From the NCBI GenBank assembly GCA_903813345.2, contig CAIIXF020000001.1, positions 34,162,001 to 34,226,000 on the forward strand: a DNA stretch of 64,000 bases, in the 5' to 3' direction. Below the pieces are notes generated by a model. It ran no database searches. It saw nothing but the letters and a program-made list of their open reading frames with translations, and had not been told where the DNA came from. The stretch's first letter is position 1; the number at the start of each line of letters is the position of its first letter. Shown piece after piece: positions 55,608 to 64,000 of the stretch. Source of the DNA: Owenia fusiformis (lineage: Eukaryota). Both the position numbers and the translations under genes were made by a program.

Positions 55608-56162
55608 CCGTCACATTCGCATTTAAAATAACGAACGGAAAGTCTCGATTTCTATATTCTTAGTTTTCTTTTATAGTTCATGTGATGTTTTGTATTTGAA
55701 CTGGATCAGACTTATATATGACATGGGATGACTTGAGTATGGTCATTTGTTCATATATCGTGCGTGGGCGCCACAGTCTAACGATATCTTATACCGCTTT
55801 ATGGGGAGGTAACTGAAAATGTAACGGTCTTGAACGGTATGAAACATTTGTTCATATTTCGTGCGTGGGTGCCACAGTATAACGATATCTTCCACCGCTC
55901 CATATAACGGATAATGAATGATAGTAACCATCATGAAACCAAAATTTTAGTAACCTTCCCTTAAGCATTGGACGATATCGTTGAATTGTGGCGCCTATGC
56001 CAATATATGAACAATTGATCATACTCCATTTTCATGTCATATAAACCTGGATTGGTTCAAATATCAATGCAATACGTCAACTATAGTACTTTAATTCGAT
56101 GAAAAACTAGAACTATCGAAATCGGCACTTCCCGTCCGTCATCTTAAATGCGAAGGTGACGG
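55608..56162. mobile_element. MITE with long imperfect TIRs
   Basis: ccgtcac.ttcgcatttaa...ttaaatgcgaaggtgacgg. Confidence 0.8.
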
Positions 56163-56214
56163 GCGTAAACACCGGTTGATACTGACCGGTACATACAAAA
56201 TGATGGACACCTAC

Positions 56215-56448
56215 TTGTCTCTTCCCTGAGTAAGTTCATGTTTTCCCTCATTCTATTGTATGCTGTATAGATGCGCAGTGTCCCATTGTCGAGAATTTCT
56301 TTATGTTGAAGTGTTACAGCCACATAGCTGCCACACACCTGGACGTCCGTAGCCATCAATTTGTAGAAATCATGGAACTCAAGTTTGTGAATAATGTTCA
56401 AATTGTTAACGTTTGTAACATCAATTACATGCAACACCCCAGAGTATC
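56215..56448 (-). CDS. MSP130-like gene, first visible coding exon (GYSGVLHVIDVTN...ATDVQVCGSYVAVT...LLREET)
   Basis: ttgttatag acceptor and A|gtaggt donor; phase 1 in, phase 1 out; L.V.D...TDV..CG..VAV pattern of MSP130-type proteins. Confidence 0.88.
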
Positions 56449-56844
56449 CTATAACAAATATAATTCAAGATTCTACAATATGGAAGAAAGAACAAAATTA
56501 TAAGAAGTAACCCTACTATCACACCAAACTAGTTCTCACCACGTTCTCGAAAACGGGCTTAAACTGCGCACGAACGGATTTGACGTTCTGAGAACCGTTT
56601 GGGGTCTGTTTACAAACTTTATCAAACTACCCGAACGAGTAGGTCATCCAGAACTTAGAGCATGCTCAAAATTTTCTGGTGACGTTTCTGGTGACGTCAC
56701 GTTCTGCAATCAGAATTCGACGAGTGACAACTTACTTAAGATGACCTAGACGCACTTGGCACACACAACGAACCGAACTGTCGTACTTCAATCCTACTAG
56801 GAACGTTTTAAGACGTTGTGCAGTCATGCGTATATTGCAACGTA

Positions 56845-57274
56845 TTTCTGCGGCGAGCGTAGGAAAACTACGCTCGCCTTGCGGCCTCAATTCGGCGTAT
56901 CCAGTTTTTTACAGGCCGCAGGGTCGCCGTAGAAATTATAACTCGGAGTTATAATATTTGTTCATTTCTGAGGTCCCCGTAGAAATCAACTGGCTCAACA
57001 AGATTGAATCATTATTTGTCAATGTTTCACTATCACTTTTCATTTGATATTACATCCTAGCACTATGAATAACATTTATAAATTGTCCCGATGTAAATAA
57101 AATGAAAAAAGTATTATTTATCAACAGAAATTAAAAATTCACAGTGCGGCTGCCTTGGTAAATGTGACTGCAAAAGTATGAGAGCGCAGAAATTCCACGG
57201 CGAGCGTAGAAATGTTACTGGCCGTAGAAATGATAGACCGCAAGGTCGCCGTAGGAAATGTGACTGGGGTGTAA
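56845..57274. mobile_element. truncated inverted copy of the 5394-5888 MITE
   Basis: reverse-complement similarity over ~430 bp; one TIR retained. Confidence 0.88.
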
Positions 57275-57456
57275 CATGGCCATTTTTATATTTCTCACTT
57301 TTCATATTGATCAGTCCTATATATTTCCCTTATTCTCATTTTAAAAGGTCCCTAGTTTACTATTGTATCAGTGCCAAATGTTTTAATCCTCTTGTTTGCC
57401 ATGCCTTACCGTTTCGCTATCTTTTGTTTCAAACCAGTTTTTTATGGAATTTATTT

Positions 57457-58488
57457 TGTATCAAAATTGGACATTACATGATGTATGGGAAAAATCGAAC
57501 TATATGATGCGATACTCGAACCATATGATTCGAAACTCGCATCATAACTATGCGAAATACGCATCATTATATGCGAAACTCGCATCATCGTGTGCCATTT
57601 TCAATCCATGTTATACCAACAGTTAATTTTCTTACAGAACTTATTTTCATTCACACACGCACTGGTTGTATCAAGTGTCACACAAAGAGTTAGCACTATC
57701 TCAAATCACTTTCCAAAAATCCAAAAGCAATGTTGAAATGTCACACGGATTGTGTTATAAGTTGCATAGAATACTGAAAGAATTACATATGGATCAAAGT
57801 AAATTTCGAACGAACGTGTCAATTTTACACACGCATTGAGTTCAAACTCGCATAGGATGGCTCCCGCTCGCATAGGCTGTCACAAACAAGTTGCACTTCA
57901 CACAAGGTGCGAGATTTGAAGTCACGTGATATTTACATCCTGATTTCTACAATATGGCGCCCTTCGTTGAAATGTGATAAAATGTAAATTTTAAATTAAA
58001 AATATATAATAGGATACCCCAGGCCCTAGTCTAGGGCCGGGGTCTAGGGAGACGTACAGTGGCCATATATTGAGAAACTACAAACTAGATCTTTTTATCT
58101 TTTTGCCGCGCTGATGTGTTATTTCGTTCAGTGCAAAAGTAACGCGAGATTTAGAACAAAATCTCGAACATCTCTAGAAAGCAATTTATGTTACATCAAG
58201 GTGTGTGATCGGTACATCAAGGTGTGTGATCGGCACATCATGGTTTGTGAAGGGGAAAACGTTTGTGCGAGCCGCACAAGAGTTTGTTCGACTTGTGTAC
58301 CCTGTTCGATGTCATTTTTGAACAATGCATACACAAATACGCATGTACAAGTGTGATTTTACAAACATAAAGTGTACAAACTCGAACAAACCGTGTATGA
58401 AATCACACGGATTGTGTATGTATTCTGCTAAACGCTATTCTATGTGTTTGAGATATCACATAAATAAAAGATGTCCAATTTTGATACA
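57457..58488. mobile_element. MITE with 18-bp TIR
   Basis: tgtatcaaaattggacat / atgtccaattttgataca. Confidence 0.72.
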
Positions 58489-58546
58489 GTTTTAACACCA
58501 TAGTTTTTAGTTTTTCATGTTGTATGTTCAATGTTGTTTTGTATTG

Positions 58547-59370
58547 TGTAACTTCCATAAATGGAAAACATTCATTCACTTGAGTTTGGGTGTTGGCCCA
58601 GCCTCAGTTGTTGCTTATACATAGACTGTACAGAACATGATTTTTGAAGAATTGAAATAGATTTGTTTTTATCGTATTTTATATTACTTTTCTGTTGACT
58701 TTTATATTATCGCCACCCACGGCCTAAACCCCGGACATTACACTGGTACCAGGAGTGGGGTAGGTGAAGGCAACAAATCAGTAGGAACAAATAAAGTGGG
58801 GTAATAAATTTGGATATTTGACAGTAACACACAGAGGAATAATTGGAGATTATTTCTTTTCAAAAACGGAATTTACAAAACGATGTTGGTTCTGTAAATC
58901 AACAAACCACACCAAGCGACAATGTGAACTACTAGTATTCAAAAATGCCAGGTATTTCTGTTCAAAATGCCAAATATATGGACACCGTGATAGAGATCAC
59001 CAGGAATTCCCGACAATCCAACAAAATGTCGTGAAATCAACCAATTCTGTTTCGACACAAACAAAACCTTTAAAATCAAATGAACGACCAAAGCAACATA
59101 ATAAATATTGCCAAACAGCAAACTGTAAACATGGATATTTATAAATACAACATGGACAACAACAAACGTATAGAGAGCGAATTATATGGACAGAAGAATG
59201 GCAATCGAATATACAAAGAACGCATCCAGACCCTACAATCACAGAACGATAACATATCAGCCGTAATTAAAGCTCAAGACATACAGATCCAAGAATTACA
59301 AAAGGACATACAGGAATATTCTGATCGCACAACTACAGTCGGTTTCATGGTAAAAATAGCAAGAACTTAA
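58547..59370 (+). mobile_element. 5' end of an LTR retrotransposon: LTR end, tRNA-Leu(UAA)-type PBS, gag-like zinc-knuckle/coiled-coil ORF fragments
   Basis: ...TTACA (58742) then C then TGGTACCAGGAGTGGGGT (58744-58761); CWFCKSTNHTKRQC and CSKCQIYGH; LTR left edge (TGTAA at 58547) is tentative. Confidence 0.75.
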
Positions 59371-59984
59371 CTTCGACATATAAGTGTTATATATAAATAT
59401 TGAAAAAAATCACAAAATTCAAGTTCTGGTGTGAGGTTCCAAATCCACCCGCCAAAAGGTACGACCCCTATATAGTCTATTTAAAAATTTGTGGTTTTGT
59501 TCTAAATAACGCCATAGTTGGCTTCTAGGGTACCTAGTATGCCACTATTTGGTATCAAAATAAAGAGGATGAGTTCTAATTTCATTTGAATTACGAAAAT
59601 AGCGATGTAGGTCAAAATAGTTCCGGCGTGAGCATGTTTACTACGCGTTTGCCCGTCATCTCAGAATTGAGGAAATGGTAGCAAACGCAAGTTACAATAA
59701 ATGGACGCTGATATCTCAAAAAGTAACCTGACTCCCTATAATTTGATGTAGATCAATCGAAGCCCTATATGAACAGGTACATTTTGGTATATAACACCAT
59801 GGGGGTAATCGTTTTATAGTTGATCACGAACGCCATATGTGCAAAGTATTGTTCTGAATTTTCGAATTTCGTGCTGGATTACGGTACTCACACCTTCTGG
59901 GGTACATATCGCCATTTTCGAACGAATTAGCCCATACAATGACTATATTTCTGCAATCCCCTATACATAAACTTCATCTTGACA

Positions 59985-60820
59985 CTATATTAATGATGCC
60001 CCAGACAAGATAAGAAACTCAATCAAAATTCTCGCAGATGACACCAAACTCTATGGGGAATGTGTCAGTGCCGAACAGCGAGAGAGCCTTCAACAAGATA
60101 TTGACACTCTAGTTAACTGGTCAAAGGATTGGCAATTAAAGTTCAATCAAAAAAAGTGTAAAGTTTTACACTTAGGTGGTAAAAACGTAAACCAACAATA
60201 CAACCTAGATGGTATCATGATAGGGTCAGTGACAGAACAGAAAGACCTAGGATTCACCATGGACAAAGAACTAAAATTCAAACAACACATCAGTCAAACT
60301 GCAAAAAAGGCAAATAGTAAATTAGGAATTATCAAGAGAAGTTTTAGTCACACCAAGGAGATCATAGTGCCACTCTATAAATCTATGATTAGACCTATAT
60401 TAGACTATGGCAACATTACATGGCACCCAAGACTCTTAGGAGAGGAGCGAAAAATAGAACAGATACAGAGAAGAGCTACCAAATTAATACTAGATTTGAA
60501 GAATAAGCCGTATCAAACAAGGCTTAAAGAGCTATAGTTCCATTCCCTCCACTACAGACGTAGACGAGGAGACAGGTTTATAAAATTATTAATGGAATTG
60601 ACACTATAGAGCATAGCTCATTTTTTACCAAGGCCACCACAACCACTAGAGGACACCCCCCTGAAAATGTACAAACACCACTGTAACACCACCCTTCGAC
60701 AGAACACCTTTAGCAACTGAATTATTGAAGACTGGAACAGCCTCCCAGAGAAGGTAGTGACGGCCCATAGTGTAGATCAGTTTAAATGGAGACTAGACAA
60801 ATGTTGGCTAAATTATCACT
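59985..60820 (+). pseudogene. CR1-type LINE RT C-terminal fragment
   Basis: INDAPD...ADDTKLY...LQQDID.L..WS..WQLKFN..KCKVLH...EQKDLG...LYKSMIRP.LDY...IQRRATK...TRGH. Confidence 0.93.
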
Positions 60821-61282
60821 ATGATATTGAACAAATGTTTCACTCTATTGAGGTGAATACCTGTACATCTTTCACAAGTGATATTCCACGAAGCCCGAAG
60901 GGCAAGTGGAATATCACCTTGTGAAAGTGCTACAGGTATTCACCGAAAATAGAGTGAAATATTTGTTTTATTATATCACTGTCTAGCTAAACATCCCTAA
61001 TATTATTAAGTCATAGGTTAACATTGAAATACATACATACATTCAGATATTTTTACGAATCTACTCGGTTCGTCTGCCATTTTGACTTACACTGAACTAA
61101 ATTATTTACATTGAACGAAAACAAATTCTTTGAAAATTCTCGGGAGCGTGGGATATCGCTAGATATCTCACGGTTGTCTTATCTGATTAGCATTGCCATT
61201 GAATATCGCCAGATATCCCACGACATGTGACCCGGTTTTGACCAATCATACTGTCGCTAGCTTGATAGTGATAAAATAAAGT
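60820..61282. mobile_element. asymmetric hairpin element with central GCCCGAAGGGC
   Basis: palindrome 60832-60965; ttattatatcactgtctagcta (~60968) is inverted relative to tagcttgatagtgataaaataa (~61258). Confidence 0.7.
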
Positions 61283-62816
61283 TTAATATCTATTACATAC
61301 ATTTAAACTAAGATCTGTGCAACTACAGGACTTTTCAAGACCTATCAGCTCAGAATTTGATGATGATGTGTCTCGATTTTTAAATATCACTACGCCAACA
61401 TAGGGACTCAGTTTTAGGTAAAATCCCTGCTTCACCGTGGTGAAGAAAAACTATCAAACATTGTCTGAAGAGCAGATTTATCTCCGTAATTTTAGCAAGG
61501 CGACCTTGACCTTGAAAAATATAGCTATTTGGGCGATAATAGGTGATTCAAAAGTAAAAATTAGTGCCTTTTCGTAGTTTTACTTTGACCAAGCCTAGAA
61601 GAAAATCGAAGTGGTAAACCTACCCCCAATTTTTGACATTTTTGTTGTCTAGAAGTGTTCTAGATGATGTCAAAGTTTAAGAAAATTTGTATATCTAGAA
61701 ATATTTTATAAATTAGTGCCATTATGGTGGGTTTGGGTGCTTTTTTGCTCTCATTTTTAGCCCATTTCTATGGTTGCCATGGCAACTATTAGGCTTGGGT
61801 AACCATGTCAACTTGATTTTTCAAGGAAATCTGCCTGATAGTAGTTGGACCAAGTTTCATGGAAAATGGGCCTTATTTGATATGCTGGCAGTGAGGTTGA
61901 TTGTGGCAAGTAGTAAAACGGCAAAACAATGGTGGAGTCATACCCGATGCTTGGATGTTCACATTTTATCTAGCTCTGATAAAATGAACGAACAAACGTT
62001 CCATTTCCACGCATGTTCGGTAATATAACGTATCATAACTTCCGGAAATGAATGCCTTTCGGAAAAATTTTGGGAGGGTCAAGATTGCAGTAAAAAATCC
62101 CATTGACGACCATTATAACGTTTCATTTCATAATATATTCATGGGCACAGATCTAGCTCAGCGAAACAGTGCCCAGTGTTCATTGGAGTCTTGTCTAGCT
62201 TGCCGTTACAAAATAAGCATACGGTGACCACACCGTTTTTGAGATAACTGAATCTGGAGAGAGCTACCACCGTAAAGCTACCTGATTTAGAAAATTATAC
62301 TGCTCTACATCAGGAGGAGTGAGTAGCTCCCATAATTCTTTCATATTCTATCGTATTCGGGGATTCCCCATTACATCATCTCTTGCATCATCTCCAATCA
62401 AATTGCAGGATTCGATCACGTGAACAATCATGAGCAATGGTCTCTCAGTGCTGCGCATGCGCAAAGTTGAATTTGAAATCGTGGGAATGGCGTTAACATC
62501 AGCTCAACATCATCATTTCAAACCTACGGTAATACTATTGAAGTTACGCGATCCATACTTGTAGAGAATACTCATAAAACTACAGTGAATATTTGGACAT
62601 CCATTTCAACGGCAAATTGAGGCCTGTTTATAAAATTTGTTTTCGAACGTGCTAATATGATAGGGCATCTTTGGGAAATCTCCCCCCCCTGGCTCTACAT
62701 AGTCTCAAAAATCACTCCGCCATCTATAAAAATTCTGTTTCTAACCAAACTTGTAAATGTTTCCTGATAGATTAGTACTTACCCTATCGAGAATAAACCT
62801 TGATTCATTTATCAAA

Positions 62817-62831
62817 CACTAGATGGCGCTG
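62817..62831 (+). promoter_or_regulatory. CTCF-like motif CACTAGATGGCGCTG
   Basis: close match to the bilaterian CTCF core consensus; NRF1-type TGCGCATGCGCA nearby (~62452-62463). Confidence 0.45.
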
Positions 62832-62997
62832 CGACGGGACAGAAAAGGAGAAAAAGCTTTTTTATACAGAAAACCAAATAACCGCTAGTATCCCTACTCC
62901 GGACTATATTCGGAATATTTTCACTTCGTTTACATTTCTTGTATAACTGTACTTATTGTTGATCGGACGGAAAGATAAGCTGATGTAGTTACACTAG

Positions 62998-63293
62998 CAG
63001 GGGCGGATCTGGGAACCAACAAGGGGGGGGGCCCAAATTTCAGGTCCGAAAAAAAACGTCCGCGCTTGCGCGTAAAAAAATTTTTGGGCCCCTTAAAAAC
63101 GCAAAAGTGGGCCCAAATTTTGAAATTTTGAGGCCCATTTTCTTCAAAATTTGGCCTGAATTTAAAAAATAAGGCCTTAAAAGGCCCAGTAATGACCAAA
63201 AAGGCCGACTTTTTGGGGGCCTTAAGGCCTTTTTTGGCCCAAAATTTTTTTTGGGCCCAATTTTTTTTCTGGGCCCACCCTAATCAGCCAGTG
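62998..63293. mobile_element. small MITE (caggggcggat...atcagccagtg)
   Basis: imperfect TIR, flanking direct repeat actag, gggccc-rich interior. Confidence 0.65.
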
Positions 63294-64000
63294 ACTAGGG
63301 TTCGTTTACTACCATTGGGAAGGCACGTGAGGGTCCCATTCATCAGGTAACACTCATATGTCGAAGTTATGTTCTTATTATTTTTAAAAAGTTAAGTTCT
63401 TGCTATTTTTACCATGAAACCGACTGTAGGGATGATCAAACCATCTCCAAACTGAAATCAGATCTGACAGATTCTGAGGTGAGAATATGTTCATTGACAG
63501 CTTCTTGTGAAAAACATCTTAATACGATCATTGATATTACGAATCAACTCAAGGAACGATCTGAAACAATGGAATTATACAAAACAGTGATAAAAACACA
63601 GCAGGAAAAATTGGATCAAATTATAACTAGAGTGGGACCAACTGAATCTTCAACTTCATGGAAACAATTAGGAGAACTTCTGTTTTGGAGAGGAAAGACA
63701 CCAAATCATCACAAAGCTATACTCTTTGATGTTTGATTTATAGATGTGATATGCCATGATCTACATCTACAAGAGATGTGTATTTAATTCTTCAATTTAT
63801 GCTTATTTACTATTTTATGATCATCTCCATAACTTAACACTTCATTGATGAACTGTATAGATGTGGCCATGGTGCAATCATGACATTCTCACATATTAGT
63901 ATATATTTTATGATACTTATTGCCAATTGACTGTCATGACAATATATATATTGTTAGCGACTAGCCTTTTACCACAATGTGCCAATCAAACCTATTGAGT

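Noticed and set aside
63430..63736. coiled-coil ORF as a host gene exon
   Set aside because: no recognisable domain or exon chain; could be a TE ORF1 fragment

Overview
AT-rich, intron-rich and TE-dense eukaryotic DNA, most consistent with a marine invertebrate such as a mollusc (inference from repeat types and gene family). One host gene spans most of the window on the minus strand: an MSP130-like (mesenchyme-specific cell-surface glycoprotein / bacterial choice-of-anchor I family) gene. I reconstructed 10 exons with canonical GT-AG sites and continuous phase (56448 down to 16520, about 625 codons) and a candidate terminal exon (8416-8342). The signal-peptide exon(s) were not found and probably lie beyond 64000. 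Unlike GPI-anchored sea-urchin MSP130, this protein continues into a Thr-rich stalk, a transmembrane helix and a cytoplasmic tail with an FDNRTY (FxNPxY-like) motif. Introns and flanks contain: an L1/Tx1-type LINE with a CCHC+SGNH ORF1 and a ~205-bp monomer array; CR1/L2 fragments, one with a 2A-like DVEINPGP motif; a Penelope-like RT; LTR-element remnants with tRNA primer-binding sites, one possibly a tandem multi-PBS array; Helentron-type (HINE) elements with satellite arrays; and many MITEs. A TATA/Inr/NRF1-like promoter sits inside one intron. All family assignments come from motif recognition, not database searches.
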